From Mytilus californianus (lineage: Eukaryota), in contig NW_026262734.1 of the NCBI RefSeq assembly GCF_021869535.1, positions 9,672,001 through 9,736,000 of the forward strand: 64,000 nucleotides of DNA, written 5' to 3'. The notes under the pieces were generated by a model that was given only the letters and a program-made list of their open reading frames with translations, was not told the origin of the DNA and made no database searches. This document shows, one piece after another, positions 24,200 to 35,800 of this stretch (position 1 is its first letter; every line of letters starts with the position of its first letter). Made by a program: the position numbers and the translations under genes.

Positions 24200-24600
24200 T
24201 AACGTATGAAGTTTTCGAATGATAACTCTGTGGCATTTACTACTATATCATTTTCTTCTTTAATTTTACTAATACTTTTACCCAATAGTTGATAGTGTCT
24301 ACTGCTCTTCGTCTTCGCTCTAGCAATATCCATATGGTGACTTTTTTTCTCGACGGAACTTTAAAAGCCAGGTATTACATCAAGTCTACATTTCTTTGCA
24401 GATCATCCTGTAATATGCTTTGGTCATTTAGATCCTAAATCAATCTTAATATTTGTGTATCGTCTGCAAATAAATAGGTTTCTAAATTTACCTCTTCTGG
24501 TAAATCATTTATATATAAGACAAAGGATAGGGACCTAGATCAGAGTCTTGTAGTATTCCAGGGTAACTGTCTTCCACTGGGAATTCTCCCAATTTATTGC
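24200..24600 (-). mobile_element. CR1/L2-type LINE RT fragment (pseudogenised)
   Basis: Minus frame PILCLIYINDLPEEVNLETYLFADDTQILRLI*DLNDQSILQDDLQ shows the YINDLP...FADDT RT core with stops. Confidence 0.7.
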
Positions 24601-25437
24601 AACTACTGTTTTAGGGTTGAGATATATTATCGCTGCATTTTTGTATGATTTTTTTCTTGTTGAATATGTGTCATATAATTGTATATCTTCTTTTTTATTA
24701 TGCGGCATACTGCTGATGAACTAATAAGCCTTTCTTTCTGTTCCTTAAAAATAATGATTTTTTCTACTTTTTCAGACTTATGTGAAAAAAAAAAATGATT
24801 ACTAGTACCTGCAAGGTTTTTTTTATGACAGTATTACAAACAATGATATCGAAGCGCCTGTGCAATTCGGAGTTGTTTTTCTAATTGGTCTTGTTTCATT
24901 AATGAAGTTCGTGATCATGGTTGATGCATTTTCATTTGCAAATTGTAATTATTCCGTCTAGCGTCCCTCAGTTTTTGTTTAATTGTAACTTTGATTTGCC
25001 TTCTTCATCGATTTTTGAGATTTGAATGTGTTAAACTACTGTTGCTTACATTAATGTTTTTGAGATTTGAATATCGTCAAACTACTGTTGCTTACATTAA
25101 TGTAAGAATAAATGACCGTTGACAAATTTTGACACCTACTATAGCTATCCAGCATTCCGACTAATTTTTAATTGGCATTCAAAATTCGCGCCATTCATGT
25201 CGACTCATTTTACAGAGCCAACCTATGCATCAATTCTAATTTGTTCTCGTCCAGAACACGATGAAATATTTGCCATTGGACGTTCAGCAAACAACAAACA
25301 AACAAAAAGAAGGAGCTACTAGAAGCAATCTATAACTTATGTGTTGAATTCGGCGACATCGGTCAAAATTCGTTTCAATAAGCACCAATTGTGCAACTCT
25401 CTTTGCAGATATATTTTTTAGTTGTTGGAAGCCAAAT

Positions 25438-27060
25438 AATAAAATTGAGAATGGAAATGGGGAATGTGTCAAAGAGACAACAACCCGACCAAAGAGCAGA
25501 AAACAGCCCAAGGCCACCAATGGGTCTTCAACACAGCGAGAAAATACCGCACCCGGAGGTGGGCTTCAGCTGGCCCCTAAACAAAAATGTGCACCAGTTC
25601 AGTGAAAATGGACGTCACACTAAACTCCGAAACATATAAACGAACTAAAATTAGAAAAAAGCATACAAGCCTAACAAAGGCCAGAGGCTCCTGACTTTGG
25701 GACAGGCGCAAAACATGTTTTGTGAGATCTCAACCGTGCCTCCTCCTATACCTCTAGTTAATGTAGAATAAACAAACACACAGCAATACGCATAGTAAAA
25801 CTCAGTTTAAAAGAAGTCCGAGCCCGATATCAGAATAGATAACAGAAAAAACTAAGCAAAATGATAATGATACATAAATTAACAAAGGACTACTAGCCGC
25901 GTGAGTTACTGACATGCCAGCTCCAGACCGCAATTAAACTGATTGAAAGAGTATGTCTTCATAATATGAAAATCAAGCACAATCCCTCCCGTTAGGGTTT
26001 TAGTATCCTACCATCATAAAATATATGAGAAGAACATAACCCGTATCATGCCAACTACTGGTTTTTGAATAAATGTGTTTATTTCCGATGCAAAGAACCT
26101 ATGAGTGAATCAATATTAATACCAAAATATGCCATCTTTAATGACCTGACAACAGTATCGTAACTATATCCCTTCTGAATAAGTCTGCTTAAAGGTTTGG
26201 TTAGCTTTTGAGGTGAATGCCAACATTTTTGTGCTTTGTAAAGAATAGTACCATAAAAGATTGGATGTGAAATGCCCGAACGTAAAAGATGTCTGCATGT
26301 TGATGTATATTAACGAATGATGTCCTTGTACCGATGATAAAATTTAGTAAATGTTTTGACTAGTTTGTAATATCGAAAACCCTGGTGTAATAATTTTTCG
26401 GTAATACAGAGATTTTTTTTCGTTAAAATCAAATATGTTGTTTCATACACGAGCGAATCGAAGAAGTCGCGATATATAAACACCATAAGATGGTGACAAG
26501 GGAACGTCACCATTTAAAAATGGATAATTAACAATAAGAAATGAAAAATCATCTCTTTTATCGTAAATTTTGGTATTAAGCTTCCCGTTAAAGATATAGA
26601 TACCAAGATCCAGGAAAGGGCAGTGTTCATTAATTGTTAGTATTAGCTTTATTTAAAGTCAGTTCAGCAGGATACATCTCTTTAGTGTACATACTGAAGT
26701 CGTCATTATTGAGAGCCAATATATTATCAAAATATCTAAATGTGTTATAAAATTTTTGTATCAGATGTTGTTTCGATGGGTCTTTGCTGATTTTAGTCAT
26801 AAATTGTAACTCATAACAATACAGAAACAGGTCCGCTATACGTGGTGCACAGTTAGTCCCCATTGGAATTCCGATAACTCGACGACTTACGGAATCTCCA
26901 TAGCGAACAAAAATGTTTTCTAGTAAAAATTCAAGTGCAGTTATCGTATCAGAGCAGGTCCAATTGACATTGTTCTTTTGTTTGTTGTAACTAAAAAATG
27001 ACTTTAAAGAGTTTGAACATATGTATTTGTATTCTGACATTTTAAATCATCAATTAAAGT
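25438..27060 (-). mobile_element. 5'-truncated Penelope-like retroelement (RT core/thumb plus 3' UTR), no downstream GIY-YIG seen
   Basis: VIGIPMGTNCAPRIADLFLYCYE, FRYFDNIL, KIYDKRDDFSFLIVNYPFLNGDVPLSPSYGVYISRLLRFARV and KLLHQGFRYYKLVKTFTKFYHRYKDII, with frameshifts. The same 3' tip occurs alone at 58291-58463. Confidence 0.75.
25956..26033 (-). promoter_or_regulatory. SECIS-like hairpin in the 3' UTR of the Penelope-like element
   Basis: TCTTCTCATAT-ATTTT-ATGA-TGGTAGGATACT-AAAA-CCC-TAAC-GGG-A-GGGATTGTGCTT-GA-TTTTC-ATATTATGAAGA. ATGA at 26017-26014, AAAA at 26001-25998, GA at 25974-25973. Helix II has two mismatches and several G-U pairs. Confidence 0.55.
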
Positions 27061-27953
27061 TATAAAAAATGGAATAAAAAGTAACTATGTTAGTCCAGTT
27101 CAATAAGTTTATCATTTACAACATAAAATGTGTACTAATTTGTTAATACTTGGCTCGTACACCCCTTCAATTCAGAAGTATTTTCTTTATGGATTTATTA
27201 TTATAAGGAAACAAATATTTGCTGTCATAAAACAATAGGGGATTGAAGTCATGTAATGCAAATGAGCGAATTCATGTTGTATTATGACACGACGCTATAT
27301 TGTTTTATCGTATTTCTTATTGTCATATAGTCGAACTGCAAAAGTGTGTTAACTTAGTAATGCTGTAAGAAATTAATAAAAAAAAAAAAAAAAAAAAGCA
27401 TTGGCAGCCACATATAGCCCGAGAACACAGTTATTTCGTAGTGCATTTCTTTTAGACAATAAATTCAAATTAAAAAAATCGCACCAGTCCTGCTCTATCT
27501 CAAAAAGATGTTTACAGTGTAGTATACTACTATTGATACAAATAATATCAAAATTATAGAAACTTCTACCAGCTCTAACTCAAAATATTGACAATTCTGT
27601 GTTAAGGGGGGCTAAAATTCAGTTTGACAGCTTCAGACATTCTAATTTTTGACCTTTTTTAACTGGACCAAATCACTACTTAACATAAAGATTCAGCACC
27701 CAAATTTTTTTTAACATGTAATTTCATCCCCTTACTTAACATTTAATGCATAATATATCAAGAAATAAATTGGAAAATGTATAAAAAAAAATGCAAGTTA
27801 TACACTGTTCACACTAGGGACTATATTCGTACACAACGAAAACCAAAGGACGATAACTGTGTCCTTGGACCATATACAATTTATAAATCAATGAATAAAC
27901 AATAATTATGTAACTGCTAAAACACAACAAAATACGGAATTTAAGCATATGAT

Positions 27954-28024
27954 GACAAGAAGTTCGATCCAGCTAAAGCCAACATGCTCTGTTTTCAGCT
28001 ATAACTATCATACACTTTCTTGTC
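27954..28024 (-). promoter_or_regulatory. SECIS element (type II) in the SelL 3' UTR
   Basis: Minus strand: GACAAGAAAGT-GT-ATGA-TAGTTATAGCTG-AAA-ACA-GAGCA-TGT-TGGCTTTAGCTG-GA-TCGA-ACTTCTTGTC. ATGA at 28011-28008, a 12-position helix II with one T-T mismatch, unpaired AAA, an ACA/TGT mini-stem, GA at 27969-27968, and a 10-bp helix I with one bulge. Confidence 0.9.
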
Positions 28025-28083
28025 GATAATCAAATACTATATTAAAGTCCAGCAATTTGGTTGTAAACTTAGTTTTGTCACAT

Positions 28084-28989
28084 TTATTTCTCACAATCTT
28101 TAAGAGCTTCAAGCAACGTTGGAATTAATGGTCTATCGCTCGAATTTTTACTGCAATACAAAAAGGTAACATCTCCATTTTTATTTATAATGAAATCGCC
28201 TCCCATCTGGATTGCATCGTCATGGATGTTTTCATAAGGTTTCGGTAGTGGTATACCCTGTGTCATCTTCTCAGCATAGTATACCATACTACCAACACCC
28301 CACACTTTTGCTACCGATCTTGGAAGACCAAACGCTAAATATATGCGTCTTTCAGTATCCAAAAGCATCGGGAAACTCGACTTTGTTTCTTCTAACCACT
28401 TTTCCGCACCTTCTTTTAGTCCAAATGAAATAAGAATTACTGACCCGTTTGCTTTTGTAATGTCATCTATGGCTTCTTCAAGCTGTGCAACGTGATTTCG
28501 TCATGGTAATCACGCGAAATGTCTAAGTAAAACCAGAACAATGTGCTTTCCTCCTGTTAAGAACTGATTTATGGAAGTAGCTTTACCTGAGCGTGCATCC
28601 ACCAGCTCAGCATCAACAGGTGATTTATCTCCAATACTTAATACTTTTCCATTAGACAAAGCACCCATTCTTTGATCAAGGTCTTTAAGGATAGAATCCC
28701 ATTCATCCTCAGTGTCAACTAATTCATCGTGTAAGTCTCTAACATCTGAATGCCTAAAATATTTTCTAATCAATCGTTCAAATTCCTCCTTTGTTTTAAC
28801 GTTATGCTTTTGGAAAACATTTTTGTAAACAAACGCAAGACTGAACAGTTTCTTTATCTTGTCATCTACGAATACTGAAAAACCATTTTCCTCTCTCAAA
28901 ATGTCTCTACTATATTTAATCAACTGCTCTTCTTTATCATTTAGTTCTTTAAGAGAAGACACTATGTCCGCAACAACTTCGTCTTCCAT
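28084..28989 (-). CDS. SELENOL: Selenoprotein L (thioredoxin-like AhpC/TSA fold, UxxU motif), 301 aa, one coding exon
   Basis: Track ORFs 28510-28992 and 28084-28368 are in the same frame. They join through TTC GCG TGA TTA CCA TGA CGA AAT CAC (FA-U-LP-U-RNH), with UGA at 28512-28510 (U160) and 28503-28501 (U163) and no other stop. The ATG is at 28989; the track start at 28992 is a GTG. The C-terminal QMGGDFII...DRP motif is typical of the PRXL2/SelL family. A SECIS lies downstream. Confidence 0.93.
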
Positions 28990-29854
28990 CACTTTATTTG
29001 TTTACATGATTGCCACGCCCCCTTTCTGAAACGGAAGTTAGAAAATATCCAAAGTAAAATTTGAAGTAAACCGTTTCCGGACATTTCTAAGTTTCCAAGC
29101 AGACAACTTATTTACTAACATCTTAAGTTATGTTCAACCAATACATGAAATTTATAACATAGAAATTCTATCATGTTAAGTTACTATATACTAATATATG
29201 TATAATTCAATTGAAAGTACTAGTATATAATACAATATGATCACTAATAGAAGAGGAGACTGTCACGGAATAGAAGTTCCTTCATAATTTAAGTTCCAAA
29301 TGGAAACAATATTCTGGAATATTATTTCCACTGGAATAAATATTACAGTAAATGTTCCTAACGGAATAAATGGTATAGAATATTTGTTCCAACAGGAACA
29401 GATATTATGACATTGTTTATAACAAAGTTTCCAGTGGAACTTCTGTTAGGCGGAACAAATATACGTTGACACCCCCACTCCCTGTATCCGCCACTGGTAT
29501 TTTATCCAATTTGCGTTAGCGTTCATTCCATTAATCTAGTACTAGTATAATAGCTGTACTCTTCTGATAAACTGCCACGGTGACATTAAGTTGTGTAATA
29601 ATTTTTAAAAAATGCTTCAAACTATTATATTATCTGTAAATTATGTACTATTACCGATTCATTATTTTACTGTTGTAAACATATAATGATTAATTATGTT
29701 TTACCTGCAATATTACATTTTATAGATTGTTTTCCATACTGCTAGTTACCGGGCCACACAGGTATGACAGTTTAAGGTCAGATTACCTGTACAATTTTAT
29801 ATATCAACATTGTGGTATTTCACGTAAACAAAATGGATGTTATTAACACATAAA
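28990..29854. promoter_or_regulatory. Shared divergent intergenic region between SelL and the hillarin-like gene
   Basis: 865 bp between opposed start codons. KLF/Sp-type CCACGCCC at 29013-29020, ETS-like ACGGAAGT at 29031-29038, forkhead-type TTGTTTAC at 28998-29005 and GTAAACAA at 29824-29831. Motif matches only. Confidence 0.5.
29261..29471. mobile_element. Possible MITE with short TIRs and recurring GGAA/TTCC submotifs
   Basis: The ends TGTCACGGAATA and (reverse complement) TGTCAACGTATA match only partly. The interior is made of AATATT..TTCC / GGAA..AATAT motifs. Confidence 0.3.
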
Positions 29855-32800
29855 ATGTCTGGGGACATGGATGTTCCAGTAAAGATTGACGTCCAGGAGG
29901 GCCGAGGAGAAGATGGATCGTACAAATATTCTTTTACGTATGAAAGGGCGACATTGTATGAATTCAGATTTGAACGAAAGCCTAATCCCGACCCAAAGGA
30001 CCCTTGCTACCGGTGTTACCGCAGGGTTAGAACCTCAGATCAAGTCAATGTTGGAGTTTTATTCCATAAACAATGTTTTCGATGTCGGATATGTGGACTA
30101 CCGTTGACAATGCAGACATTTCACAGAAATGACGCTAATGGGACTTCAGACAAAGAAGTTTATTGCAAATCTCACGTTGGTAAACTTTTGGACCAGGTCC
30201 GATATGAGAGACAACCATTAGACATAATAGAGAATGCCTTGCCGTCCACGGGATATGTTATACAGGTATTAATTGTTAAGTTTATTACAATCGTTTAATG
30301 TATGACTATCTCATCATGTATGTTGTGATTATAATTAATCACAGAAAATACTATTGATGAGAAACAGACTTAGTACGATTTGACTGATCTTTTTGACTAC
30401 CCAGTACAAAATAAAAGACCAGTTGGATCTGAGACTAATACATAGTCATAGTACATTATCTATTAGTCCCAGGTTGGATATAAAAACTGAAGAGAATATT
30501 CTTGATATAAATGTTTTGTAGTTTAAGGTTTTTGTAGATTCAGGCATTGTATATTATAAGATCACACAAAGTGTGTTGGAACCATCTTGAGCCATTTATG
30601 AGGCTACGTATAAGGACCGTATAAGGACCGTTTTATACCCTGGCCTACCCCAGCTGACGCATATATCCGTGTTCATTCATGACTCAAAGTCTTCGATAGT
30701 CATATAAAACGCACCTAATGCAAACTAATCAATAAAAGGTATTTACTATTCATGACTTAATGTTGATATAAATAAAGTGTATTTAAGTATGCTTCATTGC
30801 TTAAAATAAAGATATGGCTCTGAAAACGTCGCCGTAATTATCAAGAACGAACTTTCTTTTAAAATAAACGCGTTGCAGTAGGCATTAAAACCATCTGTAA
30901 GAGCGATTTAAACTGATAACTAAATTTTAGTTCTTTGAAATTAAAACTAGTCTTTGACTTTAATATTTATTATATACCTATAGGATATACAATGATCTCA
31001 AACGGATTTCAACTTAACAAGACATCACAATTATCAGTGTTGTGCTCTTCTTGACTTCCTTACAGATGGGTTTTATTTAAAACCTTTGCATGCTATTTTT
31101 TAATTTGAATAAATGGTAGTTTATATATCTGGGCTTGAACACCCTATTATGCGACTGTCTTACAAGTGAGATGTTTAGCTAGCTATAAAACCAGGTTCAA
31201 TCCACCATTTTCTACATAAGAAAATGCCTGTACCAAGTCAGGAATATGACAGTTGTTATCCATTCGTTTGGTGTGTTTGAGCTTTTAATTTTGCTATTTG
31301 ATTAGGGACTTTCCTTTTTGAATTTTCCTCGGAGTTCAGTATTTTTGTGATTTTACTTTTTACTGACTATCACTGCGACGGATACAGTAGGACCTATCTT
31401 CCCTATTGCTATTAATAAAGGTTTATCTATCGTGTACTCACTCGGTGTTTTTGCTGTACTGAGTATCAGTCATTCTATTTGTAGCTTCAAAAATATATGG
31501 TAAAAACAAATACATTGGTAAATAAGCTGTTGACACAGAGATATGACTCGCCTTTATGTAATATAAACGAGCCATGACTGAGGTGCAGTGATATAAATGA
31601 ACAATGACTGAGGTGCAGGGCCAAACAACCTCCAGGGAAACACTGCAGTCTTTTGTCTGCAGTTCAGATACCATTACGAATTGATTTTCCATTCATGTAC
31701 AGCAGATTTTATTTAGTGTTACCTATTGCATCTCAGGGGCGGATCAAGCCATTTTCAAAAGGGGGGGGTTCCAAATCTTGGATAAAGGGTGGGTTCCAAC
31801 TATATGTTCCCATTCAAATGCATTGATCGCCCAAAAGATGGGGGGTTCCAACCACCGGACAATATATTAAATGACAACCAAAATTCGACATAGCAAAGGG
31901 TTAACGTTTAACATGTAATACCATGATGAGAATGGGAAAAGTTAAAATATGTACCACGAACGCATTTGTTTAAAACTATGTCACAAAACGCAAAGTTCAC
32001 ACCCATGGACAAGCCATTGTTTTTGGTTTTATGAGACATTTAAATAAAGTAACTTAATGTTCAAATAATATTGAAATATATGTTAGATATATATTGAAAA
32101 TACGTATATTAGCCATTCACAAATATATGGAAATGAAGTTATTATTAATATGAAATATATTAAATTATTTGAATCGCTCGTTTATAAATGTCTAACAAAT
32201 TTGACATGAGTGTCAAATAAAATGTAACGTTTACACTTTCCTTTCATCTATCAGCTTCCAGGTATGTATATAATCAAGTCGCATGTTTGACACACTGCAT
32301 AAGCAGCTGTTCGGACGGCTATAATGCCGGTTGGCAGTGCTGAAAGTCTATCCTGGAGATTCGTCATTATGACAGACATTATTAACGTTTACATCCGTAG
32401 ACTTGTCAACTATAAACAATTTATCTCGTATACAAATGAATCCGATTCTCCAGTATTGTCATTAAATTGAAACATTTCTACAATATTACATCTTGATCCA
32501 CAAAACCCAGTTTGACAATGAGGAATTGACGAGATTGATGCCTTTTATCGACTCATTTCACATGACATAGAGATTTGTTGATATAGAAAGCAACAGTTCC
32601 TCGCTCTATAAATCACTAAAATTAAGTTTTAATCCCAATACGGATTTCCTTATCACATTGTACAAATTGGATTTTAAATCTACAAACGAAACTATTCTTT
32701 AATATCATGCTAGAAGTACTACTATATCAATTCCAGAAACACAATTTCAGGTTCTTAATTTTGGTGACTCTACGTTTTGTCATAGAATTCTGCAATAACT

Positions 32801-35800
32801 TTTAAGCATTATTAAGAACTCATGTAATACTGTTCAAATCATGTTTATTTTTTGGTGATTTTAATGGTTAATAGTAGACCGCTTTTTCTATTTTGTGTCA
32901 GTGTCATCTTCTTGGCTGAGGACACTCTAGTGATCTTTTGTTTACTTATGTTGTTGGAACACAATCTCGTGTTCATCCAGTCCACATTTCCTATTATTCA
33001 TACGAAGAATATATATTCGGTATATACCTTGTCAAATATAATTGATATGCATTGTTATTCCAAAAAATTGAATGCAGTTAAAATTTGTTGGGCATCGTGT
33101 TAACAGGATTGTAAAATCGTCCGCTTTAAGCTGTTTAATTTCAAAGATTTTCCGCTGTCTACGACAGTTTTAAAAATGGAAAGTATACAAGACACAGTGA
33201 AACTGAATATTACATATTCTTTGTTTTTATAGAGTTCTTAGATATTAAAAGCTTAAACAAATAGACATGCATACACAGAACATACAGAAGAATGTGAATA
33301 TTTACTACTTTAGATCTGTTGTGAATTGTGAAAGAATTTTTAAATCTATTGTTTATAACGATTTAAAATTTTAAAAGCATTTCTTGAAACATTTTTGATT
33401 AAAAAGATAACAAAGAAAATAACGCATACATACACAGAAGGAAATGAATATTCACTCTGTTAGAAATTGTGAAATGTCTATTGTTTTTAACAATTCAAAA
33501 ATCTAAACGTGTTTTATCATTTTTGTTTAAAAGATATGAAGAAATTTACAAATAACATAAGTGTGAATGACTTCGGTAGGACCATTCGGTGGAACTTGGT
33601 TGATTGTTTGATTGTTGGTTGCTTAACGTCCAGTGTCAACTATTTCTTGCATATCCAGGACGAGACAAGAAAAAATTAAAAAATATATAAAATAGGTTCT
33701 GCAGAGGGGACTATTGGGATAATGGGCGAGTAATGTTGACCGCTGATAGGATATAAGGTCATTTTGGATAGGGATAACATTTTGTCTGCAACAGACTACA
33801 TATGGACCACTCAGAGAGTTAAGGTGATGGGCGGGACATTTTGAATGACAATAGGAGATAAGAGCATGTTTGATAGGGGCATAATTTTTACTCACAACAC
33901 AACACCTAGAGAACATCCAGAGAGTTGTTGAAAGGGTTCTTAAACGTGAAGAGACAGCATGTCATCGGATTTTGCGTCACCATTCCGACAAAACGTGGCT
34001 GCGAATTTATACCCTGGTATAGCCAAACGGACTCCCCACTTTGGCAAGGGATTTAGTGTGGGAAAGTCCAGTGATGAACAATTTCTACTGTGCGCATGTT
34101 GTGAAGATGAAGAACTGCCATAAAAGCATTGCTTTTTATGGTACATAATTATTTTGCAGTAAATACTATTGTCTCCTGTACATTACCTTTAACATATTTG
34201 AGATCAGCTGTTTGAGTAACTACTATACATAGTATAACTAGCGAAACAAATCTAGACTTTGTCATTCACTTCATCTTGTGTGAATAAAACGAGAAGCATT
34301 TATGAAAAAGCAACATAACAACACAAGTAAACGAAAATAGTTATCAAGCGGTCAATATACCGTAGTTAATGATGAACAAGCGCATACAAACTCTTATTCG
34401 CCCTGCATGGCCATGGGTCTCGATAATATGTTAAAGAATTCAATAGGGGCTATGGCTACCGAGGCGTTTCACCGTTCTACATTTTCAAACGGTTAGAGAA
34501 TAGCATTATTCTGTATTCATTTGCAAAATGTATTTTTAGATGTACTTTACATTTAAACTTTATGATGTATATGTTATGTCATGGTATATTCCTTGACCTC
34601 TCCCCCAGAAAAAAAACCCAATAAAAAAAAATCAAAACCAAAAAATCTAAGCACGTCTAATGTCTTTGAAACTAAAAAGGTTAAAAGCTCTTTATACTAT
34701 TTACAGATTAAGTCCGAGCCTGTGATTGATTTGTAGTGTGCTCGCCCAAGTGTGATCGACCCAAGGAAATAGGTCAAAATTGGTATTTGTCGCTTCTATG
34801 CGACATTAAGTAGTAAGAGCAAAGACGAGTTAGCTCGTACTCAGAGTGGTGTGTCCGGTAAGGGTATCTAGTTTACTGTGAACCTCTACCTTGTGAGCTA
34901 GCATGCTATCGTTCTTAATATACATGTAATGTTTGCCACTGAACGTTAAATAGTCACAGATCAATCAATCTTTGGTATACTCCCATAATCACATAAATGT
35001 ATTGTATGTCTTAATGCAATACGAGTAGCAATAGACCATATCATCTGATAACTCTACTGTTACCTTTTTACAGGTAATTTACAGGTAAGATCGGCCATGT
35101 TTTATTTTTGTTTACTAACTTATGATTTATAAATCTATAATTGTACATGCAATCAATATATAATATATTATCGTTTGTACTACTCAGAAGAACTAATTAT
35201 CAAGATACCTTAACACGAATACAAACAATAAATGAAAAAGCAAAAACAATTGATCCAACGCGTCTATTTTATCACTTTGACACACTTTTAAAGTTATTTC
35301 TGATATTTATTATACACAAAAATGTGTAGTTTTTGTATGTACGACAACTTAATCGGATTATTTCATACATCTTAGGCATAACATTCCTAATGTCGTTATC
35401 AGAATACTAAGGGTCCATAATTTACGAACTAGCACCAGTTTGCATTTAATTTGCAATATTTCATCCTATTCCAAGTTTATTAAAGCTCAAAACATTTTTC
35501 AGTATTTCCCACAGATTGTAACAGTCTTGATGTCTCTATAACTTGTCAAATAACAATTAATTGTGTAAATTGCATGTTATAAATCTTGATGGTACCCCTT
35601 AAGGCAAATAGTTACAAGTGAACTATGTAAATTGTTGAAAAGAAAATGATATAGCAAAAGTATGTAATTTAGAAATATAAAATATGTGAGAAAATTCAGT
35701 GAATTACTTGATAGTTTTTATTCTCATGGGTAGACGGAAACTAGGAAAGCTGGCAAAGTTTGAATACTATGGCTAGATGTTCAGGAGAGCTTCTTATTAT

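Noticed and set aside
27374-27398. Poly(A) run as the retrocopy tail of SelL
   Set aside because: It is on the plus strand, so it would be poly(U) in the SelL transcript; wrong orientation.
28501-28512. Reading SelL as a nonsense-disrupted pseudogene or as two genes
   Set aside because: Both stops are TGA, sit exactly at the two redox positions, the frame is otherwise intact, and a canonical SECIS follows.
33940-34146. GC-richer patch with short ORFs on both strands in hillarin intron 1
   Set aside because: No recognisable motif or usable splice sites; exons 1 and 2 join in frame without it.
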